DNA from: Blepharisma stoltei ATCC 30299
Taxonomy: Eukaryota > Protista > Ciliophora
DNA: 64,000 nt
Assembly (NCBI GenBank): GCA_965603825.1
Contig: CBFDEM010000004.1
Location: forward strand, 496,001-560,000
Direction of reading: 5' to 3'
Made by a program: the position numbers and the translations under genes. This document shows positions 14,701-26,500 of this stretch, one piece after another (the stretch's first letter is position 1; the number at the start of each line of letters is the position of its first letter). The notes beneath the pieces are model-generated. The model made no database searches and was not told where the DNA came from. It saw only the letters and a program-made list of their open reading frames with translations.

Positions 14701-15237
14701 CTCAGTAAAACGTTAAAAGTTTATTATGAAAGTCTCCATGGCCTGGTCTACATATTACTCCTCTCAATATTCGTTGCAATTTGCTTAAAACTAAGGCCAT
14801 ATAATTATGGACGAATGAATCTCTGGCTTGTAATTTCTTATTTGGCTGTAATTTGAGGTGTAACTTTATCCTCAATTTATTCTATTTCCCCGTACCATTT
14901 TATGCCTCCATGAATTGTGTCAGAATATATAGGATGGATTATTTTGATTGCGGTTGGTCTATACTTTCAGTCTTATTATTGCCCTTCAATGCTATTTACA
15001 GAAAAAAACCCTGATATTGGAGTTCTCTTTAGATTCGAACTTGGAAACTCAGTATGCGCAGATAAAATAAATAAAAGCATCAGAGAAAGAACTGCTAACA
15101 AGGGTTCTGGATCCACTAAGTTTTTAGGCCAATTAAACTCTGATGACAGTAAGGACAACTTGATTGTGGATATCGGCAAAAACCTTAAGCATGATGCAGC
15201 ACAATCACTCAATTTTTCAATTGAATTTAATGTTTAA
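11704..15237 (+). CDS. Receptor-like array copy 4 (~1177 aa, most divergent)
   Basis: ATG TGG ATA TGA (MWIW); the homologous track ORFs (11731-14917) lie in one frame; TAA stop. Confidence 0.88.
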
Positions 15238-15386
15238 TTCTAAAAAAATATAGCATGCTGCTAAAATATGATCAATTTACATTAGCTGTCTTTAATTATT
15301 TTCACACCCTTATAATTTCAGCAAAAATAAATTCTATAATTGAAATGAAACTTAAAATATTTTAAAAATAACCTGAATCTTGAACA

Positions 15387-16733
15387 TTAGCTTCCTTCCT
15401 CTCCTTCATCATATTCTTCACCATATTCTTCTTCGTCGTAGCAACAGCAGCAGCAGGGAGAGTATTCGCTTACAAGGTCATTCATATTGCTTTCGGCCTC
15501 TGTAAATTCCATTAAATCCATTCCTTCTTCAGTATACCAATGAGTATAAGCCTTTTGTCTAAAGAGATCAGTGAATTGCTCGCTTAATCTCAAATACGTA
15601 TCTTTCACGCAGCTGCCACTTATAATCGAAGAAGCACTAGCTAATGATCGCTTGGGAGGGACTTCACAAGTACCGCAGAGGAAATTGTCAGGGATTCATT
15701 CTACAAAGCAACCAGATTTTTCGTTGTGGATTTCATCAAGTGCATCATTCAATTCTTTGCTAGAGTAGTTTCCTCTAAATATAGCAGCTGCTGAATAAAT
15801 CCTTTGAGAGCAGAGGTCATGCCCACTTGATATTATGAGGTTATTCGGGTTCACCATCCTTTGGAATAAATCCAAGATCTTTCATTCTGAATTTTCTGGC
15901 TTTTCTTGCTGCTGCTTATAGAATGGCATATGAGAAATTGTAAAAAAGTGGAGCCGAGGGAATGGAACTAAATTCATGCAGACTTTTCTTCAGCTAGAGT
16001 TGAGGGTGGAAGGGAATCTTATGGGTGATGTAATTCCAGCTATGGCAGAACTAGCGACATTATTTAGGTCTGAATAAGTAGGAGCTTCCATGCCAAGATT
16101 TTCTTGACAAATTTTATATAGGGCATCGTTGTCTAGCATTATACAGGAATCAGCGTTTTCAACTAACTTGTTGACTGAAAAAGTTGCGTTATATGGTTCA
16201 ACTGCAATCTCTGGATTTTTGGAAGGAGTAACTGAAAACGTTTCTAGAATTTTATCTGGGAATTCTTCCCGAACTGAATTAATAATTAAGGAGCCAAGCC
16301 CCGATCCAGTTCCTCCACCAAGAGAATGACAGATTTGGAACCCTTCAAGGTGCTCGCATTCCTCCGCAGAACTGCGCACAGTTTCCATAACCAAATCCTT
16401 AATTTCTGCACCCAATGTATAATATCCTTTTGCCCAATTATTTTCTGTACCAGAATGTCCAGAAATAAATTTATCAGTTCTGTACATTTTCTTAAGATCA
16501 GAACAGCGCATTTCATCCAAAGTTTGAGGCTCTAAATCGATCATAATTGCCCTTGGAAAAAATTTCGTATCAGTCGTGCTAAAATAGCTGTCTATTTTGG
16601 CAAGTTCTTTATCCGACTTGCCATAATAGTTCCCTTCTAAGTCTATACTGTGATCTTCGGCTATTTCTCTCCAAAATGCTGATCCAATCATGTTTCCACA
16701 TTGGCCAATTTGCAAGCTAATAACTTCTCTCAT
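15387..16733 (-). CDS. Divergent beta-like tubulin (~448 aa)
   Basis: [31 protein letters not shown](TGA)[27 protein letters not shown]; acidic tail. Confidence 0.93.
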
Positions 16734-17085
16734 TTAAAAATTATGATGGATTTTAACTTGTAAATCTTGTCCGATAAATCTGAATAATAATAAAATAAGC
16801 TTTTTATTTTATGTAAGCTTACTTAGTTTTATTGTATTCTGTAAAATCCAGTATGAATAAGCCAAATTATCTGATTTGTGGAGTTAATCCAATATAAAGT
16901 TAATAAAGATAACTAATAATTTCCCTCAAGATGATACATATATAGTTAGTCTAAATAGTCTGCTAATAAATTCTATTTAAAGCCATAGATATTCAATGGA
17001 AATCAAATCTGAGGCGTGAGTTATACTAAGTTTTGTTATTATAAAAGGCATCTTAAAATAATTTAAAGAAAGCTTTTTATCTTAA

Positions 17086-18222
17086 CTATTGTGATATCAA
17101 AGCGAGAGTCAAAATCGAGAAGCTTACTAAGAAAGTTGCAGAATCATCGCCTCCATTATCATTATCATTGCCGCCTGTTGCAGCTGCTTGAGCTTGTAAA
17201 TAATTTTGGGCGAATGCTTCCATTACACAATCTGGAGCATTAACATACCATTGATATCCGTTTGCTTGCATTTCATAATACACATAAGTATTATAATTGT
17301 CTTTATCCCAATGCGTCTTGATACAATTATCGTCAAATCTATTAAGCGTATTGCATGAAAAAATTGCCTCACTTGCAACCCACTTTAAAAGTTGAGCCAT
17401 ATATTTTTTGTATGGAGCATCTCCTGGAAGTGCTGAACAATACGAGATTCTTTCAGAATTGAATCCGCAGGTGCAATCTCCCTCTACGGAGTATGCAGGA
17501 CTGAAGAAACTGTCTTCATTAGAATCGCAGTCTCCTCTATTATTCATTTCGCATTGAGTCCCAGTGCCATTTGCAGTTGAGAACAAATCAGTGCAGTAAA
17601 ACATATATGGCTCCTTTTCTGCACAGTAAATATAAGGGCACAAAGTACTAAATCCTGTATTACAGTGGCCTACAGGATCATGAACGCTAAATGATCTAAA
17701 TTTAAGGCATTTATTCATCGAAAGATCATTTTGCGAAGTGATGTTACAAGCTCCGTTATTCACACACTGACTATCATAGAGACAACCTGTCTCTCCTATC
17801 TCTATCTGGGCTGTGCAAACGTTGCTGCTGCTGCAAAAAGTTCCTGGTTCACACTGGCCATTATATGTGCAAGGTTGGCCTTTAGGAGTTCCTATGCATA
17901 TTCCATCATTGCAAGCAGTGGAATAGAGGCAGTCGTCCAATGTCTTGCACCATTCACCTGGCAAGCTGTTGACAGGAAGTGGAGTGGGCACTTTGCAAGT
18001 GTAATTAAATTGATAAGATGATGTTGCATCTGATACACAATCATAGCTTGAATCTGAACATTTTCGAGCGTAGTAAGTATCAGTGATGTTATCTTGGTAG
18101 GCACAAGTTTCTGGAAGGAAATCTTGATCAGAGGTTTTGCATAGATATTTTGCACATTGGTTAAGGCCATAGGCACAAGAAAGTAAGGCAATAAGCAGGA
18201 GACTTTTTAGAAATCCAACCAT
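17086..18222 (-). CDS. Cys-rich secreted, probably GPI-anchored surface protein (378 aa)
   Basis: N-terminal signal peptide, many Cys, polar spacer and hydrophobic C-terminal tail (DDSATFLVSFSILTLALISQ). Confidence 0.8.
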   Translation of the reverse strand: MVGFLKSLLLIALLSCAYGLNQCAKYLCKTSDQDFLPETCAYQDNITDTYYARKCSDSSYDCVSDATSSYQFNYTCKVPTPLPVNSLPGEWCKTLDDCLYSTACNDGICIGTPKGQPCTYNGQCEPGTFCSSSNVCTAQIEIGETGCLYDSQCVNNGACNITSQNDLSMNKCLKFRSFSVHDPVGHCNTGFSTLCPYIYCAEKEPYMFYCTDLFSTANGTGTQCEMNNRGDCDSNEDSFFSPAYSVEGDCTCGFNSERISYCSALPGDAPYKKYMAQLLKWVASEAIFSCNTLNRFDDNCIKTHWDKDNYNTYVYYEMQANGYQWYVNAPDCVMEAFAQNYLQAQAAATGGNDNDNGGDDSATFLVSFSILTLALISQ

Positions 18223-18861
18223 TTATTTCTTCACCAATTTATAACTCTATTTCTTGCCTATTTTTAAACTCGACGCAATTTTAAGTTTGCTAAGTTTTAT
18301 AAAAATCTGAGGGAAGGAAGCTGAGGGAATTTCCAAGATTATTCGTAAGGAATTTTATTTTGCTATGAGATAGCAAAATTTTAATTCAAAAATTTGATAT
18401 CAATTTCAAACATTTATTATATTTATGCTATCAAAACTAAAGCTCTACGTAATAAATAAAAAACTATATAAGCCTCAATAAAAGCAATGAGAAAGAAAAA
18501 TTTTAAATATGTGAAAATTTAAAATTTTTTAGCTAACCAGCTGAAATTATGTGATTAAAATAAAAATGCAGTTTAAAAATTAATTTTTCATCATCAGTGC
18601 AAAATTAAAATAGATAATCTTTTTATGTATTAATTAAGAAGGGCCCAATAAGTTTTTTTTAATCAATAAACTTAGGAAGGAAAAGTTCTTAAAGAGAGCT
18701 TATTTCGACAATGCTTTCTACTATTATGTGCACAAATAAACAAATGCAGTTTAATATGCTAAATCTTTCTCTTCGAATTTCTTAGTTATTCAGATTTCAA
18801 ATAGATTTCGTCATTAAATATCGTGGCTTAAAAATAAAGTTCATAAAATCAAAGATCCACT

Positions 18862-20070
18862 ATGAGCACTCTTGTATTACCAGAACTAAGACACTCTAAA
18901 AGCTTGAAGAAGTTGCCCGAGCAGGGTATCCCCACAAGAAGCACGACAAGGCTACTGACTCTCCCCAGCAACTTCCCCTCTCAAAGAAGTTCAGCGATGC
19001 TGACTCCAACATTGAGCCTTAATTTCATAGACAACAAGCTTCTTTCCCCAAAGGCTCACAACAACAAAAACACATTCAAAGAAGGCGGAATCAAGCCTTT
19101 CTTCATCTCTCAAGAAAATCGTGCTAAGTTTTCAGTTAATTCTTATGGGGTTACAAAAGCTTATGCAGTAATCACCCACCCTGGGCTGGTAAGAAACTAC
19201 AACGAAGACAGAGCTTGCATCAGCATCAATATGCTGAAAAAGCAGTCCAACTCAGAAAAGTCTTTTCCAAAGTGCTCATACTTCGGGATTTTTGATGGCC
19301 ATGGAGGATCATCATGTGCTGATTTCTTAAGAAACAACTTGCATCAGTACATCATCCAAGAACAAAGCTTCCCCAACAATCCTAAGCTGGCTATTGAAAA
19401 AGCGTGTGCTAAAGCTGAACAAGAGTTCATGAAGCGTGCTCAAGGCGAGGTGATAGATCTATCAGGAAGCTGCTGCATTTTTGCACTTTTTGTAGGAGAC
19501 ACATGCTATATAGCCAATGTCGGCGACTCTCGGGCTATTTTATGCTGTGAAAGAGGAAGCAAAGTAAAAGCTTTGTCACGCGACCACAAGCCTTCGGATG
19601 AAATTGAAAAGTGCCGAATCATAGAAGCGGGTGGTTCTTTGTATCAGACTCCATTTGGATATAATAAGCTGGGCCCAGTTAGGGTGAATCCTGGAAGACT
19701 TTCAGTAGCAAGGACTTTTGGAGACATAGAAGCCAAGATGCCTAGTATGGGTGGAATTTCAAACGTGATCATATCTGAGCCTGAGATAAAATCATTCAAA
19801 ATTACAGATGACTGCGATTTCATCGTCCTGGGATCAGATGGGATCTTCGATCAACTTACCAACAAAGAAATAGCAACTCAGGCGTGGAGAGCTGATTGCT
19901 GGGAAAGCGAAAACATTCATCATAGATGTGGTGCTGCTGTAGAGTCAATTCTGCAACTTGCATTTGAAAGAAGATCCACAGATAACCTTACAACTATTAT
20001 AATTGCTCTAAAAGGTTTCAAAAGAGCAGCCAAAAGTAGATTAAGACACAGGATCACCCCTGTAGTTTAG
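18862..20070 (+). CDS. Protein phosphatase 2C (PPM family)
   Basis: NEDR, FDGHGG, ANVGDSR, DHKP, LSVARTFGD, GSDGIFD and STDN motifs. Confidence 0.95.
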   Translation: MSTLVLPELRHSKSLKKLPEQGIPTRSTTRLLTLPSNFPSQRSSAMLTPTLSLNFIDNKLLSPKAHNNKNTFKEGGIKPFFISQENRAKFSVNSYGVTKAYAVITHPGLVRNYNEDRACISINMLKKQSNSEKSFPKCSYFGIFDGHGGSSCADFLRNNLHQYIIQEQSFPNNPKLAIEKACAKAEQEFMKRAQGEVIDLSGSCCIFALFVGDTCYIANVGDSRAILCCERGSKVKALSRDHKPSDEIEKCRIIEAGGSLYQTPFGYNKLGPVRVNPGRLSVARTFGDIEAKMPSMGGISNVIISEPEIKSFKITDDCDFIVLGSDGIFDQLTNKEIATQAWRADCWESENIHHRCGAAVESILQLAFERRSTDNLTTIIIALKGFKRAAKSRLRHRITPVV

Positions 20071-20406
20071 TATAATTAAATTTTTATTTTTTAGATATAT
20101 TCAATAATTCCTTTCTTTTGGAGCAAAGATATATGCATATGTTTATTATTTTAGCATTTGCATATCAATTGAATATTTAACGCAATTTTATTTAGCTAAT
20201 GAACAAGAATATTTTATTGATATGAGTGTATAGTCTAATCTAATGTTATTTAAAACGTAGATATCTGCAAGAATCATATGCGAGATAAAATTGTCTTATA
20301 ATATTACTCTTTTTTTTAAATTATATATCCTTGGAGATATATACATACAGATTTTTTTAATAAATTTCCACTATTATACTCAGTGAATATAATAAGATTT
20401 AAGTTA

Positions 20407-23382
20407 ATGTCTGAGTCTGAATCAAGTGACTCTCAAGTGCCTGATATTGTTCTTTTTACCTTTATTGCACTCTTGCTCACTATTATAAGCTACGAGCTCA
20501 AAAAGAATTTTAAAATTCCTGTCTCTCCAATTCTACTGCTGGTTGGAATCCTTTTCAGACTAATAGGCGAAGTCTTTCCAGGCCTCCAAGGAGCAGTTAG
20601 TCAAGTAGATACATTGAGCCCTGAGCTAGTCATGCTAGGAATCCTCCCAGCCTTAATATTTGATGCAGCATTTTCAACCGATTGATATACATTCAAAAGA
20701 GAAATCTGGCAAATTGTTCCTATGGCCACAACTGCAGTTGTCCTATCCGCAATTTTGACAGCAATCGTCATAAAAATAATTCTAGAGTACGATTTTTATT
20801 GAGATGAAGCTCTACTCCTAGGTGTAATTTTAAGCGCTACAGACCATGTTGCTGTGGTCGCTCAGCTGAAAGAAATGCACGCAGACAATCGGTTTAAGAC
20901 TCTTATTGAGGGTGAAACGCTACTAAATGAGGCCACAATCCTGGTCCTTTTCAACGTCATGCTTGACAGCACCCTTGGAAAGGCAGATGTTCAAACCAGT
21001 ATTCTTGAGTTTTTTGATTTGTCAGGAGTTGGCTTTGTATTAGGGATCACTTTTGCAATAGCGATGGGGTGAATAATTAAACGCATGGTAAATGATCAGA
21101 TACAAGAAACGCTATTGACATTAGTAACGACTTATTTGCTGTTCTATACAGCCGATGCAACTGGTATTGGAGCCTCAGGTGGAATTTCTGTTGTCACTTT
21201 TGGGCTCTATATGAGTGCATACGGGAAAACACTCATAAGCCCAATGGTGGAAAAGCCCCTGCATAATTTTTGAAATATTGCTGGAACTTCGGTAGAGTCA
21301 GTTGTGTTTATTATTGCAGGAATGCTTTTGGGGATGTTTTTTATTAAACAAACATCGCTTGAGTTTAAAGATGTAGTGGTTCTATTCACCTTGTTTATTT
21401 TTCAGCACCTTGTGAGAGGTCTTGTAATAGTTATTCATTATCCTTTGCTGAAGAAATTTGGATATGGGATTAATTGAAAGGAAACAGTTGTGATGACCCT
21501 TGCAGGGCTAAAGGGAGTCATAGCTACTGCCTTAGCATTGATCGTTTACAATGAGGCTGATTTGAAAAGCACTTTCAAAGATCTCCTGCTGTTCTTTACA
21601 GTCGGAATAGCAGGACTAAGCATCGTTTTTGATAGCTTTGCTATGAAATTTGCAGTGAAGAATTTAGGGATGGAAAGACTTAGTGATGTCGAAGAGAACA
21701 TGCTTGTGGGCGTAACGACAGCTATATTGCAGCATACTGCTAAAAAGGTAGAAAGCATGAGAAATGATAAGCAATTTAACCTCGTAAGGTGGGAAAAAGT
21801 CATGGAACTTTCAGGGCCCAAAAATTTGCTTGTTCAGATTATGGAAAATACCCAAGTTGGCTCAAAAATCCTGAGAAAGCACCATAATGATGGGCCAGAA
21901 GAGCTACTGTCGCGTTATATGGCTAAGTTTAGTTTGTCATCTTCAGAGCTGGCTAATGAAACTCGGAGAAGATTCTATACAACGTTAAAAGGGATTTATT
22001 GGCATGAGTTCGAGTCTGGACAGTGCTCTGGCGTAGCTTCATTGGTCTTAATAGAATCATGCAATAGAGCACTTGATAACGAGTCTCAAAAAATGGCTGA
22101 CTGGGAATTACTGCAAAAAGAGCTATACAGTAAACGCTTAATGAACATTTACAATTATCTTGCTAGTTTCCCGGTCATAGGACAATTTTTCAAAAACTTG
22201 CTGTATGATCGCGTCATTCTCGCTTATGACGCTGCGAGCACTTTTATTTCAGCTCATACTGAAGCTGAAGAGCTTATGGATACTATGGAAATCGACATTG
22301 ACGAATTAATTTTCAGGGATGTCATGGAAGAAGCCCACGATCAAATTGAGCTCTGCAAGGAATTCGTTAGAGATAATATCACTGACTCTTATCCTGAAGT
22401 TGTAGCTGAGGTCACATCGAGCATGGCTTCTCACACCTTGCTGATATCTCAGCGAAAACTTATAAACAAGATATACCACCAAGGAGTAATCAAGGAAATC
22501 GAATTCGAGCACTTGATCGACGCAATTGATAACAATATGAAGCAGCTCACCTTCCAGAAAAACCCAACTGTTCCCTCAGTTAAAGATATCCTCAAAAACC
22601 GGTTCAGAAATGCGTCTGAGGCTGATATTGAGCTGCTTTTGCCAATGATAACAGAGCGGCATTATCAGCCTGACCAAGTGCTCTTTAAAGAGGGCGATCC
22701 TTCAGATGGAGCTTACTTGATTTTTAATGGGAGAGTTCATGAAACGGCTTCATGAATCGACCAAGAACTGATGATTGGGAATATTGTGGGCGTGCAGCAT
22801 TTATTGCCGACTTATAAAGTCAATACCTCTACAGCAACGGCGCTGACGATGGTATTTGCAGCCCACATACCAGCTGCAATGCTTAATAAAGATGTCTTTA
22901 TTGAAGACCTATATAAGGAGGCAAGTGAGGAGCTGATAAGCTTAAATGCCAGCAAACTCGGGTTTGGAGACGTAAGCGAAGACCACTTGATGAGGATGAT
23001 AAAGAATTCCCAGATTAAATACTTTATCCGTGGAAACATGATTGATCTCAGAAGGGGAGGCATAGTACTTTTGGGAAGTTTTAGAAAGGACAAAGAAGAA
23101 TTTTCTATTATAGCACCGATTAATAAGCCTATAGAAGCCATCAGGAATTGTGTCCTTTTGCTGTTTCCCGAACATTTTTCAGGGTGCATGAAAGAATCCC
23201 GTACAATGGAAGAGGCTTTTGATTCTTATTATTTGAAGAGTAGCAATAAGTTGAAATCAGACCAGGGTCCAGAAAGAGTAAAAGATAACTTGGGGCTGAC
23301 AGCTATGCATAAGCTTAATAGATTGGAAACGAAGAGACTACTTACATCAAGATCTAATTTATCTATTAAAAGCAAATGCTAA
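20407..23382 (+). CDS. SOS1/SLC9C-like Na+/H+ antiporter with cyclic-nucleotide-binding-like domain (~991 aa)
   Basis: LPALIFDAAF, LSATDHVAVVA, IEGETLLNE and GLKG motifs; C-terminal LFKEGDPSDGAYLIFNGRV; single frame through TGA. Confidence 0.88.
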
Positions 23383-23506
23383 AATTAAAGCTGGACCCCC
23401 TGTGTCCCTAGCTTCAGCTAATATTAATAATATATTGATTTAATCACTGAGCAAAAAATATTAAATTTACAAAATAAATATAATAACGTTAAGAGTTAAG
23501 TTTAGT

Positions 23507-26500
23507 TTACCTTGTGAATGTGTCAGATTCAGATATATTTCCTGTGTTTTGCTGCATTTCATCACTATAAAATGATATTTTTCGTACATTCGATTTTTCA
23601 ATGTTTTCTTTGGCTTTTTGCAAAAATAATTCTTTTATATTCATATTAAGTAAATCTACCAACTCAGGCTCAACTGCATGACTAGGCAGCATAGCTTCTC
23701 CAGGGACAATAGAAAATATTTTTTCGCCCTCTCTAATTCGTACATGTTTCAATTCCGATTCTCCAAAGAGTCCATCATCAAATCCATCCATCACTTTTTT
23801 TGAGCATTTCCTTTTAAAGTATGGGATTACTTGGCTCAAAACTTCCAAGCCAACTCCAAACATCTTATTTAGCCAGTAGTAGAGGAAGTATATGTTAGCT
23901 CCTAAGATAATAAAGAAAAAGAATAACTTTGAAGGAGAGTCTAAATCATTTGTCAGATAATAAAGGCCGCAATAAATAGTTATCCCAGCAACTAAGAGTG
24001 ATCTCGCTTCCATTTTATTCAGAATTTCACCATTGTAAGGCTTGCTTTTATTATGGATGTAGATGCAGAAAAGTATTAATCCCATTACTGTAAGAGCTTG
24101 AACATTGGTGGAAACGTTTGCCAAGAACACTGAACAGCAGACAATAAGAATTTTCCGATATAGTATAATAAATTCTCAGAAATAGCTTCTCGATTTATAC
24201 CCATTAAATAAAAATCCAAATCGGAGCCTAACATTAATAGAATCCAGATGCTTTCGATTTTTGTATAAAAAGAATAAAGAAACGGTAGGGATTCCTATGC
24301 CCCAAATTATAATTGCAGGTATAGCTACAAGGATAGAGTAAAAAATGTGTCTCTCGTCCCAGCATCTTATATTTAGATTGTCAACAAGCCAATATTCTCC
24401 ACTGTCTATTTCCCTACAGCTGAATACAGAAAACATGGTTTTGACTAAATTTGGGTGAAAAAGAAACAATAAGATTACTATTGTTGATACTAAATTGTTC
24501 TTAAAAGAGCTCCTATCATGCCTATGCAAAGCTATCAGTGATCAAAATAATAATGAGCAAAATCCAATAAAAATTGGTACAGCTGCCATAATTACCAGCT
24601 TTTTAAAATAGATATCATTTTGCCCATTTCCTGAGTCTAGGAAGCAATCAAAGGAAAAAATTTGATCGCTTATTGATCCGGCGTTATTTTGTACTGCAAA
24701 AATTTCAAGTACAGTGCTTGGTCATGACAAATCAAATGTGCTCATAAGCATCACCAATTGGAGATAATTTACGAAAATTTTTATATATATTGATTGCATG
24801 GATTTGGGCACGTATGCACTTTTCTGGGTCGTTCTAACCATAATTCCTGCTACAATGACCATGAGGATAAACATTCCTATAACTCGAAAAGAATTAGCAA
24901 CATCATCAGGGCATTTTCCACATGAATTTTTTCCTACTCGTGAATAGCCTTCTGAGCATCCTTGGCACATATTGCCTTCGTATCCAGTGTCACAGAGCCC
25001 CGTTAATGAAACATTAGGAGGCGACGGGGAGCCAATGCAAGCTGAGCTTAATGGGCATTCCCAGAATTTGATCGACATATTATTTGATCTTCAGTGTCCT
25101 GATGTTGGAACCATTGTATAATTTCCATAGCAAATTGCCGAGGAAGGACAAGGCAAACATTGGGTGTTATTCGGGTTTAAACTATAATAGTTTGCTTCAC
25201 ACACTTTACAAGTGACTCCCACAGTTGCCTCCCCTATTACGCATTCTCTTAATGCGACATTAATTTCAAGACTTGTGATGAACTCGATATCTGGGGAAAG
25301 TTTTTTGGAGTTGGACTCGTCAATTCCATTAGTAGCAACTTTGATAGAAACTTCTGATCCAGGCTCTGCTGATATAATAAACTCAGAGAAGTAAAATACA
25401 CCTTTTGAAGCTGTAACTTTAGTTGTGCCGGAAAGTGCTGTTGTAACTGACTTTTCAGTCGATAGCTCTGCAGTGCTTATATTATCGGTTGTGATCGTAT
25501 TTTTAAAATAATCAACTAGCGCCAGAATTAGACTTTGGACTACTATTTGCCCTGATGCTACATCTTTAAGAACTATATCACTTAAGACTCTATTAGAATC
25601 TGTAGCATTGCCCCATTTATCAAGGGCTGTGAGTTGTACTGCGTATGATGATATTTCTGGTGCATATTGAGCCTCGTTGTTCGAGAAATCATTGCCTTCT
25701 ACAAAAGGCATGCAGTCTTCCCAATTTATTGCCCCACCATTTGATGTAGCAAAGTTTTCAGTGAAATTACAATCTGTTATGTTGAATGCACAGCTTGCCA
25801 AATCCGAGCAAGCCAAGTTTATTGCTCCTCCATTACCCAATGTGGGAATCGAGCTTGTGACAGAAGTATCTGACTCTGCCCTATTCTGGCTGAACGCAGA
25901 TGAAGATACATTTAGACTTATATTATCGGTATAAATCCCACCACCCAGTGCTGATTTATTTTCTGTGAAAATAGATTTGCTTATGATATATGGTTTCGAA
26001 ATTTTATTATCGCCGGTTGTGTATAAATATAAAGCTCCTCCAGTATATGCATGATTTTCAGAAAATTCAGAATCAGAAATTTCGATGATGTTGCATGATG
26101 TGCAAAATAAGGCTCCTCCAAGTGTGCCTACTCCCTTATAAAATTTTGAGTTTTTAAGATATACTGAGTGCATTTTATCTGCAGCAATTGCTCCGTCCTT
26201 ATAGTTTTCACAGCTAGTATTTTGTAATGTCAAATCTCCTTCATATGCAGTTATGATCCCTCCTCTATCTGTGCAGTAGGAATTCACAAATGAACTATCA
26301 TTAACATGCAAGACGCTGCTGGAATATGATAAAATTACTCCTCCTCCACCTCCGCTTGCAGCATTATTTTCGAACTTGCTCTTATTGATCAAAACAGTGC
26401 TTGAAATCGAAAAAATTGCTCCGGCTGAGCTTGTGCTTGTGCCGTTCTCAAAGGTAGAATTATAAATGTCAGCCAAGCTCTGTGTTGTAGCGTAGATGAA

